A DNA stretch of 64,000 bases from Actinomycetes bacterium (GTDB taxonomy: Bacteria; Actinomycetota; Acidimicrobiia; Acidimicrobiales; GCA-2861595): assembly GCA_023264975.1 (NCBI GenBank), contig JAHFUS010000005.1:10771-74770 (forward strand), read 5' to 3'. This document shows positions 28,618 through 37,433 of this stretch, in pieces. The notes beneath the pieces were generated by a model. That model saw nothing but the letters and a program-made list of their open reading frames with translations, ran no database searches and was not told the DNA's origin. Each line of letters begins with the position of its first letter. The first letter of the stretch is position 1. Both the position numbers and the translations under genes were made by a program.

Positions 28618-30849
28618 TCACATGCGCTCGATCCGTACGGCCGCCTGTTTGTAGTTGGGTTCGCGCGAGATCGGGTCGAACTCATCGACGGTGAGGCGGT
28701 TTGCGCAGCGCTCGTCGTAGTGGAAGGGCACGAACACCTCGCCCTCGCGCACGATGGCCGTTACCCGCACCAGCAGGTCGTCCACCACGCCCCGCCGCGA
28801 CGCCAGCCGCACCAGGTCGCCGGAGCCGAGGCCGAGGTGCTCCGCGTCGACCGGGTTGATCTCCACCCACGCCTCCGGCGCAAGGTGGTCGAGCACCGCC
28901 ACCCGGCCGGTCTTGGTGCGGGTGTGCCAGTGCTCGACGGTGCGACCGGTGTTCAACAGGAACGGGTAGCGGGAGCTCGGGGCGTCGCTGATGGGCTGCG
29001 GGGTGACGCACCACAGCTTCGCCCTGCCGCTCGGCGTCTGGAACACGCCGTCGGCGTAGATGCGTGGGGTGCCTCCCACCGCCTCCGTCTCCGGCGTGCA
29101 CGGCCACTGGACGCCGCCCGCGGCGTCGATGCGGTCGTACGTGATGCCGCTGTAGTCACACAGCCGCCCGGCCGACACCCGGGCCCATTCGATGAACGCG
29201 TCCTCGGGTGTGGTCCACCCCGGGTAGAGCTCGCCGGCCATGCCGAATGCCTGGGCCATGGCGAGGAAGATGTCGAAGTCGGCCTTGGCCTGGCCCGGCG
29301 GCTCGACCGCTTTGCGGACCCGGGAGACCCGGCGCTCGGCGTTGGTGTAGGTGCCGTCCTTCTCGCCCCAGATGGCGGCGGGGAGCACCACATCGGCCAT
29401 GGCGGTGGTGGGCGTGGCGAAGCCGTCCTGCACGACGAACAGGTCGAGCTTGCGGATGGCCGCCTCCAGGCGGGCCCGGTTCGGGAAGGACACCACCGGG
29501 TTGGTGGCGATGACCCAAAGCCCCTTGATGGTGCCGTCGAGGACGCCGTCGATGATGTCGGGGTAGGCCCGGCCCCGCTCGGTGGGGAGGCGATCGGCGG
29601 GCACGCCCCACAGGGCCGCCATCTCAGCCCGGGCGGCCGGGTCGTCCCAGTTGCGGTAGCCGGGCAGCGATGCGGTGCCGCCCGCCTCCCGGGTGCCCAT
29701 GGCGTTGCACTGGCCGGTGAGGGAGAAGGGGGCGGCGCCGGCCCGACCCACATTGCCCGTCACCAGGCACAGGGTGTTGAGCAGCGTGACGGTCTCGGTG
29801 CCCTGCACCGAGTGGTTGACGCCCATCGTCCACGCCACGAAGGCCCGCTCGGCCCTACCGAAGGCGAGGGCCGCCTCCCGGATCTGATCGGCCGGCACGC
29901 CGCAGTCGACCGCCACCCGGTCGAGGTCGTAGGCGGCCACGTGGGCGGCCAGCTCGGCGAAGCCCTCGGTGTGGGCGTCGACGTAAGCCCGGTCGACAAG
30001 GCCCTCGTCGATGATCACCTTCAGCATCCCGTTGACCAGGGCGATGTCGCTGCGGGGCCGGACGGCCAGGTGGAGGTCGGCGACCATGGCCGTCTTGGTG
30101 ACGCGCGGGTCGACCACGATCACGGTGGCGCCGGCGTTGTCGAGCACGCGGGGCGCCAGCAGCGGATGGTTGTCGGCCACGTTGGCGCCGACGAGCAGGA
30201 TTACGTCGGCCTGCTCGAGGTCCTCATAGGCGCCCGGCGGGCCGTCGCTGCCGAAGCTGCGCTTGTAACCGGCCACCGCGCTCGACATGCACAGCGTGGT
30301 GTTGCCGTCGTAGTGGCGCAGGCCCAGGCCGCCCCGGCACAGCTTGCCAAGGGCGTAGAACTCCTCGGTCACCAGTTGGCCGGTGCTGATGACGGCCACC
30401 GCCTCGGGCCCGTGCTCGTGCAGCAGCCGGTTGAAGCCCACGACGGTGGCGCCCAGCGCCTCGTCCCAGGTGGCCGGCTCCTGGGCGCCGCCCGCCGACC
30501 TGCGAAGGAGGGGAGTGGTGAGTCGCCCTTGTGCGGCAAGGGTCTGGTGCTCGGAGAGGCCCTTAGGGCACAGGCGACCCGCGTTCACCGGGTGGTCGGG
30601 ATCGCCCTGAACCGCCACCGCAATGCCGTCCTTGACACCCACGAACATGCCGCACCCCACCGCGCAGTAGCCGCACGTCGTGCGCACCCACGTGTCGGGT
30701 TTTCGGGTCTCGTTCAGCGTTCCGAACCGGTCGTCGGCCACGTACGCCCGCGGCGACGTGCTGGCCGCCCGTGCCGCGTCGGCCGCTTCCTCGGACCGGG
30801 TCCCCAGCCCGAGCAGCCGGGTGAGGGCGGCTCCCCCCGGCCGGCTCAC
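28618..30849 (-). CDS. nasC: Assimilatory nitrate reductase catalytic subunit (molybdopterin oxidoreductase, NasC/NarB type)
   Basis: 743 aa. N-terminal 4Fe-4S motif TTCGYCAVGCGMFVG...RLCPKG. MopB-type blocks and a C-terminal molybdopterin-binding beta-barrel. No twin-arginine signal. Context with nirBD and narK. GTG start. Confidence 0.88.
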   Translation of the reverse strand: MSRPGGAALTRLLGLGTRSEEAADAARAASTSPRAYVADDRFGTLNETRKPDTWVRTTCGYCAVGCGMFVGVKDGIAVAVQGDPDHPVNAGRLCPKGLSEHQTLAAQGRLTTPLLRRSAGGAQEPATWDEALGATVVGFNRLLHEHGPEAVAVISTGQLVTEEFYALGKLCRGGLGLRHYDGNTTLCMSSAVAGYKRSFGSDGPPGAYEDLEQADVILLVGANVADNHPLLAPRVLDNAGATVIVVDPRVTKTAMVADLHLAVRPRSDIALVNGMLKVIIDEGLVDRAYVDAHTEGFAELAAHVAAYDLDRVAVDCGVPADQIREAALAFGRAERAFVAWTMGVNHSVQGTETVTLLNTLCLVTGNVGRAGAAPFSLTGQCNAMGTREAGGTASLPGYRNWDDPAARAEMAALWGVPADRLPTERGRAYPDIIDGVLDGTIKGLWVIATNPVVSFPNRARLEAAIRKLDLFVVQDGFATPTTAMADVVLPAAIWGEKDGTYTNAERRVSRVRKAVEPPGQAKADFDIFLAMAQAFGMAGELYPGWTTPEDAFIEWARVSAGRLCDYSGITYDRIDAAGGVQWPCTPETEAVGGTPRIYADGVFQTPSGRAKLWCVTPQPISDAPSSRYPFLLNTGRTVEHWHTRTKTGRVAVLDHLAPEAWVEINPVDAEHLGLGSGDLVRLASRRGVVDDLLVRVTAIVREGEVFVPFHYDERCANRLTVDEFDPISREPNYKQAAVRIERM

Positions 30850-30859
30850 GGCCCGGCCG

Positions 30860-30906
30860 CTTTCGAGTAAATAGGGTGTCGTTTTGACACCCTATTTACT
30901 CGAAAG
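30860..30906. repeat. Perfect AT-rich inverted repeat / RNA hairpin (21 bp stem, 5-nt loop) between the Fe-S/DmsC gene and nasC
   Basis: CTTTCGAGTAAATAGGGTGTC-GTTTT-GACACCCTATTTACTCGAAAG read directly. Lies 13 nt after the upstream stop (30920..30922) and 10 nt before nasC GTG 30849. Strikingly AT-rich for this DNA. Confidence 0.9.
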
Positions 30907-30919
30907 AGGGGGAGGGCGG

Positions 30920-32479
30920 TCATCGGCCGGAGAAGAAGCTGCCGGCGACCCGGAACGGGACGACGGTGACGTAGAAGAGGTAGCGGCCGGCCAGCTCGCC
31001 GAGGGCGGCGACGCCCAGAGCGGTGGCCAGGCGGCCACCGGCGGACGGGCCGGCGAGGGGGACGGTGAGCGTCCACGCCAGCAGCGCGACGGTGACGAAC
31101 ACGGCCGTCACCCGGGCGGCGAGGAGCGTCCTGAAACGGCCGGTGAGGAGGGTGGCGGTGCCCCGGTGCTGGCGGTCGGTGCGGCCCCGGACGGTGCGCA
31201 GGAGGTGGCGCACCGCACCCACCTGGACGGCACCGCCCATTGCGGCTGCGGCCATCAGGCCTGTGGTCAGTGACGGCGCCATCTCGGCCCGGTCGAGGCA
31301 CAGGGCGGCGAGGAGGGGACCGGTGGCGAGAGCAGCGGCGAAGAACTGCACCAGGGTCCGGCGGGAGTTCCATACCGGGCGGGCGGGCACGAGGTAGAGC
31401 CGACCGCTGGCATACACGCCGGCCGCGCCGGCCACCACGGTGCCGACGCCGAGGGCGAGGCGGGGGCCGAGGCCGACGTCGCCGCCCCATTCCCATGCCG
31501 CGGCGTAGGCGAGCGACGCGCCGGAGAAGGCGGACAGCAGGGCGACCTCCCGGCTGAGCCACGACGTGCGCCAGTTCCGCAATGCCTTGAAGGCGACGGC
31601 CGGCCGGCCCAGGTGGAACAGGGAGGCGGCCAGGGCGACGGCGCCGGCGAGGGCGGCGCCCACCGCGCCGCCGGCCAGACCGCCCCGGCCCGCTCCACCG
31701 GCTGCCTCGGCGACCACGGTGGAGGCGACCGTGCCGAGGGACAGCTGGGTGAGCAGGGTGAGGGCCACCAGGGGCCAGTGGGGGTCTTCTGGCTTCACCG
31801 AGTAATCGGTGGCCGCCACCAGGTCGGGGAGACCGGCGGGGGTGACGATGCGGGTGGTGGAAAGGGTGATGGACGCCGGGGGTAGGCCGGGGGCGTCGGC
31901 GGTCGCGTGGTCGGCCCGCCATTCGGCCACGTTCACCGGCTCGACAGTGATGGCCGACGTGGGGCAGGCCAGCACGCACGCCGGACTCTCGCCCTGCGAC
32001 AGCCGGGGCAGGCACATGTCGCACTTGGCTACGACCTTCGCCGCCTTGTCGTACACGGGAACCTCATAGGGGCAGTTCCAGATGCAGTACTGGCAGCCGA
32101 TGCACTCGGCTGCGTCGTGGCGCACGACGCCGTTCTGCAGCTTGGTGTAGGCCTGCGTGGGGCAGCCCGACAGGCAGGTGGGCTCCAGGCAGTGATTGCA
32201 CGCCATGGACAGGTTGAGGCGCCTGGTCGTGGGAAAGGCGCCCCCTTCAAGCTCGCCCACCCGCCGCCAGGCCTTGTCGACGGGCGTGGCGTTCTGCTCG
32301 GCGCAGGCGACCTCACAGGAGTGGCAGCCGACGCACGCGTCCATGGCGAAGCTGAAGCGGTACTGCTCGCCGGCGTCGAGGGGCAGCAGTCCTGGGCCGC
32401 GCTCGTCGATACCCGTGAGCTTCCGCAAGCGATCGGTGACCGGTGCGACCGTTGCATCCCGGTCCTCGAGGAGCGTCAA
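30920..32479 (-). CDS. Fusion protein: DmsB-like 4x[4Fe-4S] ferredoxin domain + DmsC-like polytopic membrane anchor
   Basis: 519 aa. Cys clusters CVGCHSCEVAC, CNHCLEPTCLSGCP, CIGCQYCIWNCP and CDMC...CVLACP, then roughly 8 hydrophobic helices (..WPLVALTLLTQLSLGTV.. to ..LGELAGRYLFYVTVV..). TTG start 32479 forms a TTGA overlap with the nirD stop. Confidence 0.85.
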   Translation of the reverse strand: MTLLEDRDATVAPVTDRLRKLTGIDERGPGLLPLDAGEQYRFSFAMDACVGCHSCEVACAEQNATPVDKAWRRVGELEGGAFPTTRRLNLSMACNHCLEPTCLSGCPTQAYTKLQNGVVRHDAAECIGCQYCIWNCPYEVPVYDKAAKVVAKCDMCLPRLSQGESPACVLACPTSAITVEPVNVAEWRADHATADAPGLPPASITLSTTRIVTPAGLPDLVAATDYSVKPEDPHWPLVALTLLTQLSLGTVASTVVAEAAGGAGRGGLAGGAVGAALAGAVALAASLFHLGRPAVAFKALRNWRTSWLSREVALLSAFSGASLAYAAAWEWGGDVGLGPRLALGVGTVVAGAAGVYASGRLYLVPARPVWNSRRTLVQFFAAALATGPLLAALCLDRAEMAPSLTTGLMAAAAMGGAVQVGAVRHLLRTVRGRTDRQHRGTATLLTGRFRTLLAARVTAVFVTVALLAWTLTVPLAGPSAGGRLATALGVAALGELAGRYLFYVTVVPFRVAGSFFSGR

Positions 32480-32829
32480 GTGATCGCGACCTCGACCCTG
32501 CCATCGCGCTCACGGATCAGATGAACCGGGAGGGACACGGCGGGATCGTCGAGGCACGTACCCGTGCGCAGGTCGAAGCTCTGCTTGTACATCGGTGACG
32601 CGACCTTGGGCACATCGCCCTTCGAACCCACGATGCCGCGGGAGATCACGTTGGCGCCGCTGAACGGGTCGTGGTTCGAAAGGGCGAACAGCTCGTCGGT
32701 GGGCGAGACGCGGAACAACGCGACCTGCCGGCCGTCCACCAGGGCGCACGCGCCCCGGTCGGGGACGAGGTCGTCGAAGGCGCAGACGTCCTGCCAGGTG
32801 AGCGTGGCGGTATCGAGGATGGCTGTCAT
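32476..32829 (-). CDS. nirD: Nitrite reductase [NAD(P)H] small subunit NirD
   Basis: C-terminal 117 aa of ORF 32476..34524 (MTAILDTATLTWQDVCAFDDLVPDRGACALVDGRQVALFR...SPMYKQSFDLRTGTCLDD). Rieske-like NirD fold pattern. ATGA overlap with the nirB stop. Confidence 0.9.
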   Translation of the reverse strand: MTAILDTATLTWQDVCAFDDLVPDRGACALVDGRQVALFRVSPTDELFALSNHDPFSGANVISRGIVGSKGDVPKVASPMYKQSFDLRTGTCLDDPAVSLPVHLIRERDGRVEVAIT

Positions 32830-35384
32830 GAAGATCGGACCTCCTGCTTCTCGTGGGAGAAGGCGGGGCGGCGCTGGCCGCGTTCGGCGACGAAGACGAC
32901 GTTGGGGTCGGGCTCGTCGGAGTTCACGAAGGTGCGGAAGCGCGCCACCTTCTCGGGATCGTTGATGGTGGCTGCCCACTCGCACTCGTACTCGGCCACG
33001 TGGCGGTCCATCTCGGCGTCGAGCTCGGCACAGATGCCGAGGGCGTCGTCGAGGACCACCGCCTTGAGGTGGTCGAGGCCGCCCTCGAGCTTGTTGAGCC
33101 ACGTGGCCGTGCGCTCCAGGCGGTCGGCCGTGCGGATGTAGTACCCGAGGAAGCGGTCGATGGTGCGGATGAGGATGTCGTGGTCCACCCCTTCGACCAG
33201 CAGCTGGGCGTGCTGGGGGCGCATGCCGCCGTTGCCGCACACGTAGAGGTTCCAGCCCTGCTCCGTGGCGATGATGCCGAAGTCCTTGCTCTGAGCCTCG
33301 GCGCACTCGCGGGTGCAGCCGGAGACGGCCGACTTCAGCTTGTGGGGCGCCCGCAGTCCCCGGTACCGCAGCTCGATCTCGATGGCCAGGCTGGTGGAGT
33401 CCTGCACCCCGTAACGGCACCAGGTGGTACCGACGCACGACTTCACCGTGCGCAGCGCCTTGCCGTACGCGTGGCCCGACTCCATGCCGGCGTCGATGAG
33501 GCGGCTCCAGATCTCGGGCAGGTGGTCGACCCGGGCTCCGAGCAGGTCGATGCGCTGGCCGCCTGTGATCTTGCAGTAGAGGCCGTAGTCCTTGGCGACC
33601 TGGCCGATCACGATGAGCTGGTCGGGGGTGATCTCGCCACCCGGCACGCGGGGGATGACCGAGTAGGTGCCGTCGCGCTGGAGGTTGGCCAGGAAGTGGT
33701 CGTTGGTGTCCTGGAGGGGCGCCTGGGAGCGCTCGAGGATGTAGCCGCCTCCGACGCCCAGCGACGCGAACATCGACGCCACCGCCGGCTTGCACACCTC
33801 GCAGCCGAGGCCGCGGCCGTGGTCGGCCAGCACCTGGGAGAACGAGGTGAGGCGGTGCACGCGGACGATGTCGAACAGCTCGGCGCGGCTGTAGTCGAAG
33901 TGCTCGCACAGGTTGTTGCGGACCTCGATGCCCGCCTTGCGCAGCTCCAGCTTCAGCAGGTCGGTGACCACGGGGACGCAACCCCCACAGCCTGTTCCTG
34001 CCGCCGTGCACGCCTTCAGGGCGGGGACATCGACGGCCCCGCCCTGGACGGCGGCGCAGATGGCGCCCTTGCTCACGCTGTTGCACGAGCAGACCATGGC
34101 GGTGTCGGAGAGCGACTCGACGCCCATACCGACGGCGGCACCGTCGCCGGTGCGGACGGGCAGGACCAGCTCTTCGCAGTTGGGCGGAGTGGGCATGTCG
34201 CCCCGCACCATCTGCACGAGGGTCTGGTACATCGACGCGTCGCCCACGAGGATTCCGCCGAGCACCTGGGAGCCGTCGCCCGACAGAACAAGGCGCTTGT
34301 ACACGTTGGCCACCGGGTCGGAGAACACGATCGACTCGGCGCCCGGGGTGGCCGCGAACCCGTCGCCGAAGCTGGCCACGTCGATGCCCATGAGCTTCAA
34401 CTTGGTGGACAGGTCGGCCCCGCCGAAGGTGGACTCGCCGCCCAGGATGCGGTCGGCCACGACCCGGGCCATCTGGTAGCCCGGCGCCACCAGCCCCCAG
34501 ATGCGGCCCTCGGCCAGGGCGCACTCACCGATGGCGAAGATGCGGGGATCGCTGGTGCGGCAGGCCGCGTCCACCACCACGCCACCGCGCTCGCCCACCG
34601 CCAGACCGGCCTCCCGGGCCAGCTGGTCGCGGGGGCGGATGCCGGCCGAGAACACCACCAGGTCGACGGGAAGGTCGGCGTCGTCCTCGCCGGCGAAGCG
34701 CATGCCGCACACCCGCCCGTCCGGGCCCTCCAGGATCTCGGAGGTGGCAATGCCCGTGTGGACCGACACCCCCAGGTCCTCGATGCGCCGGCGCAGTGCA
34801 GAACCGCCGCCGTCGTCGACCTGCACCGGCATCAGGCGAGGGGCGAACTCGACCACGTGGGTCTCCAGGCCGAGGCTGCGCAGGGCGTTGGCCGCCTCCA
34901 GGCCGAGCAGGCCCCCGCCCACCACGGCGCCCACCCGCCGGCCCTGGGCGTCGGCCCGGATGGCCTCCAGGTCGTCGAGGGTCCGGTAGACGTGACATCC
35001 GGGCAGGTCCTTTCCGGGTACCGGGGGGACGAAGGGGTAGGAGCCGGTGGCCAGCACCAGGGCGTCGTAGGCGATCCTCGTACCCCGGGTGGACACGACC
35101 TTGCCGGCCTCGGTGTCGATGGAGGCGACGGCGTCGCCAACGTGGACCTCGAGACCGGCCGAGTCGAAGAACCCGGGCGCCACCAGTGACAGTTCCTCGG
35201 CCGACGTCCCGGTGAAGAACGAGCTGAGCCCGACCCGGTCGTAGGCGAGGCGGCCCTCTTCGCAGAAGGTGACGATGTCCCACTCGACGGTGGCGCCCCG
35301 CTCCACCAGCACCTCGAGCAGCTTCTGGCCAACCATGCCGTTGCCGGCGACCACGAGTGTGCGACGGGCGGTGTCCGTCGCCAT
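32826..35384 (-). CDS. nirB: Nitrite reductase [NAD(P)H] large subunit NirB
   Basis: Trimmed from ORF 32826..36395 to MATDTARRTLVVAGNGMVGQKLLE. FAD/NAD folds (VVAGNGMVG, VVGGGLLGLEAA), BFD-like 2Fe-2S region (CSCNSVSKG), sirohaem/4Fe-4S motifs (SCVGTTWCRYG, SGCTRECAEA). 852 aa. Confidence 0.95.
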   Translation of the reverse strand: MATDTARRTLVVAGNGMVGQKLLEVLVERGATVEWDIVTFCEEGRLAYDRVGLSSFFTGTSAEELSLVAPGFFDSAGLEVHVGDAVASIDTEAGKVVSTRGTRIAYDALVLATGSYPFVPPVPGKDLPGCHVYRTLDDLEAIRADAQGRRVGAVVGGGLLGLEAANALRSLGLETHVVEFAPRLMPVQVDDGGGSALRRRIEDLGVSVHTGIATSEILEGPDGRVCGMRFAGEDDADLPVDLVVFSAGIRPRDQLAREAGLAVGERGGVVVDAACRTSDPRIFAIGECALAEGRIWGLVAPGYQMARVVADRILGGESTFGGADLSTKLKLMGIDVASFGDGFAATPGAESIVFSDPVANVYKRLVLSGDGSQVLGGILVGDASMYQTLVQMVRGDMPTPPNCEELVLPVRTGDGAAVGMGVESLSDTAMVCSCNSVSKGAICAAVQGGAVDVPALKACTAAGTGCGGCVPVVTDLLKLELRKAGIEVRNNLCEHFDYSRAELFDIVRVHRLTSFSQVLADHGRGLGCEVCKPAVASMFASLGVGGGYILERSQAPLQDTNDHFLANLQRDGTYSVIPRVPGGEITPDQLIVIGQVAKDYGLYCKITGGQRIDLLGARVDHLPEIWSRLIDAGMESGHAYGKALRTVKSCVGTTWCRYGVQDSTSLAIEIELRYRGLRAPHKLKSAVSGCTRECAEAQSKDFGIIATEQGWNLYVCGNGGMRPQHAQLLVEGVDHDILIRTIDRFLGYYIRTADRLERTATWLNKLEGGLDHLKAVVLDDALGICAELDAEMDRHVAEYECEWAATINDPEKVARFRTFVNSDEPDPNVVFVAERGQRRPAFSHEKQEVRSS

Positions 35385-36601
35385 CAGATCGCCACCTCGA
35401 GGTCCCAGCTGGTGGCCCACACCCGCTGGCGCCGGTTGACGCAGAACGAGGCGATGCCGACGGCGGCGGCCACGACGGCGAAGCCGGCGGTGAAGGAGCC
35501 GGTGCTGCCCTTGAGGGACCCGAGGGCGAAGGGCAGGAGGAAGCCGCCCACGCCACCCGCGGCGCCGACCAGGCCGGTCATGGCGCCCATACGGCCCGGG
35601 AAGCGCTGCGGCACCAGCTGGAACACCGAACCGTTGCCCATGCCGAACGCGCCCATGGCGCCGAACAGGAGGAGGACGGTGACCGGCAGACCGGGCAGGG
35701 TGGCTATGCCGAGGAGGAGGAGCGCCGCGACGCCCAGCGCGGCAGCAAGGACGCGGGTGCCGCCCAGCCGGTCGGACAGCCACCCGCCGAGGGGACGGAG
35801 GAAGGAGCCGGCGGCGGCGCACAGAGCGGCGAACCCGCCGGCGGTCACCTTGGTGAGCCCGAAGCGGTCGACGAAGAAGATGGGCAGGTACCCGGCCAGC
35901 CCGACGAAGCCGCCGAACGTCACCAGGTAGAAGCTGCACAGCCACCGGGCGTCGCGGTCCTGCAGCAGCGAGAAGGGATTGTTCGACACACCAAGAGCGG
36001 ACACCGGCCGGGGCGGCTCCTTGGCCAGGACGGCGAACGCCAGCCAGGCCAGGCTGACGGGGATCGCCGCCAGGCCGAACACGCCGTGCCACCCGACGTG
36101 TTCGGCCAAACGGGGGGCTGCCAGTGCGGCTATCAGGGTCCCGGAGTTGCCGGCGCCCGCGATGCCCAGGGCCAGGCCCTGGTGCTCGGGCGGGTACCAG
36201 CGGCTGGCGAGGGGCAGGGCGACGGCGAAGCTGGCGCCGGCGATGCCGAGGAGCAGGCCGATGCCGATGACCTGCGAGTAGGTGCCGCCGCCCAGCCAAC
36301 CCCACGTCAGGGGCACGAGGGTCAGGCCCATGGTGACGAGGCCGGTGCGGCGAACGCCCACGCGGTCGGCCAGCGTGCCGAGCAGGAGGCGGCATGCCGA
36401 TCCGCCGAGCGGCGGCACCGCCACCATCAGGCCCTTCTGAGCGGCAGACAGGTGGAGGTCGGACCCGACGTAGGCGCCGAGGGCGCCGAGCAGGACCCAG
36501 ACCATGAACGAGATGTCGAAGTGCACCAGCGCCGCCACCAGGCTGGGCGTATGGCCGGCGTCGCGAAAACCTTTGATTGCCACCCGCTCAGGCTCTCGCA
36601 C
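35384..36601 (-). CDS. narK: Nitrate/nitrite transporter, MFS NarK/NasA family
   Basis: 405 aa, 12-TM MFS pattern. NNP-type Gly-rich motifs (GTLADRVGVRR, GIAGAGNSG). First gene of the operon. GTG start. Its stop overlaps the nirB start (TGATG). Confidence 0.9.
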   Translation of the reverse strand: MREPERVAIKGFRDAGHTPSLVAALVHFDISFMVWVLLGALGAYVGSDLHLSAAQKGLMVAVPPLGGSACRLLLGTLADRVGVRRTGLVTMGLTLVPLTWGWLGGGTYSQVIGIGLLLGIAGASFAVALPLASRWYPPEHQGLALGIAGAGNSGTLIAALAAPRLAEHVGWHGVFGLAAIPVSLAWLAFAVLAKEPPRPVSALGVSNNPFSLLQDRDARWLCSFYLVTFGGFVGLAGYLPIFFVDRFGLTKVTAGGFAALCAAAGSFLRPLGGWLSDRLGGTRVLAAALGVAALLLLGIATLPGLPVTVLLLFGAMGAFGMGNGSVFQLVPQRFPGRMGAMTGLVGAAGGVGGFLLPFALGSLKGSTGSFTAGFAVVAAAVGIASFCVNRRQRVWATSWDLEVAI

Positions 36602-36655
36602 CCCTGTGTTGCGCCGGTTGCCGTGGTGTCAACGCAAGACTACGAAGCGCTGACG

Positions 36656-36698
36656 GTCACTCCAGGGTGACGTGCGGGAATCGTCACCCGCTGTTCAC
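36656..36698 (+). promoter_or_regulatory. Array of GTnAC-type half sites upstream of narK (GlnR/NnaR-box-like)
   Basis: GTCAC-n6-GTGAC-n11-GTCAC-n6-TTCAC read directly, 55-97 nt upstream of narK GTG 36601. It resembles the actinomycete GlnR consensus gTnAc-n6-GaAAc. The b-sites deviate from consensus. Confidence 0.4.
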
Positions 36699-36796
36699 AG
36701 TGCCGGCGTCCAGCGGCTCGGGGCGCTCGGAACCCGCCTCCTGTCCCCATGGTGCTCTGTGTGCCGGCGCCCTGGGCGGGGCGGGGCCGGACTGCC

Positions 36797-37363
36797 TCAG
36801 GCAGGGACCAGCCCACCGCCGACCGGCTCGATGCCGAGGTCCCCGTAGGTCACCAGGGCGACGTAGGGGATGCCCTTGTCCTTGAAGTAGGAGGCGGCTA
36901 CCTCGCCGCGGTCCACGAGGGTGACGGCGGCGACCACCGTGGCGCCGGTGGCGACGATGGCGTCATGCGCCTTCTGGATCGAGCCGCCCGAGGTGACGGC
37001 GTCGTCCACCAGCACCACTCGGATGCCCGGTCCCACCTTCGCCCCCTCCACCAGCTTGCCGGTGCCACGGCCTTTTGGCTGCTTGCGCACCACGAACCAC
37101 TCGGCGCCCGACAGGATGGCGACGCCGTGGGCCAGATGGTCGGCGCCCATGGTGAGCCCGCCGACGGCGTCGAACGCGATGCCGTGCACCGCCTCGAGCA
37201 GGGCCCGGCATGCCACCTCCAGGTCGGCGCCACGGCTCAGGGCGGCCTTCCCGTCGACGAAGTCCCGGCTGGTCTGGCCCGAGGCCAGCACGACAGGCTC
37301 GGGAAGGTGGATCAGCCCGCGCTCGCGTACGGTGTCGACGACCTGCTGGCGGAGACTGCTCAT
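36797..37363 (-). CDS. pyrE: Orotate phosphoribosyltransferase-like type I PRTase
   Basis: ORF 36797..37402 trimmed to MSSLRQQVVD (AGGAGC 6 nt upstream of ATG 37363). Blocks GGLTMGADHLA, FVVRKQPKGRGTGKLVEG and the PRPP loop VVLVDDAVTSGGS parallel mycobacterial PyrE as I recall it. Confidence 0.78.
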   Translation of the reverse strand: MSSLRQQVVDTVRERGLIHLPEPVVLASGQTSRDFVDGKAALSRGADLEVACRALLEAVHGIAFDAVGGLTMGADHLAHGVAILSGAEWFVVRKQPKGRGTGKLVEGAKVGPGIRVVLVDDAVTSGGSIQKAHDAIVATGATVVAAVTLVDRGEVAASYFKDKGIPYVALVTYGDLGIEPVGGGLVPA

Positions 37364-37433
37364 GTGCTGCTCCTGTGTCGCGGTGGCCGGGCGGTAAGCC
37401 ATGGTTGCACGGCATGGCCGTCACCTATGGGCA

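Noticed and set aside
28609-35189. Long plus-strand ORFs 28609..30870 (753 aa) and 32853..35189 (778 aa)
   Set aside because: They are antisense to nasC and nirB, which have clear cofactor-binding motifs. The compositions are shadow-like (Gly/Arg/Val/His-rich). The same reasoning applies to 10391..12250(-), 24250..26061(-), 38230..39690(-), 42370..43749(+), 50535..51989(-), 52901..54139(-), 57283..59232(-) and the many ~100-300-aa Arg/Pro-rich ORFs.
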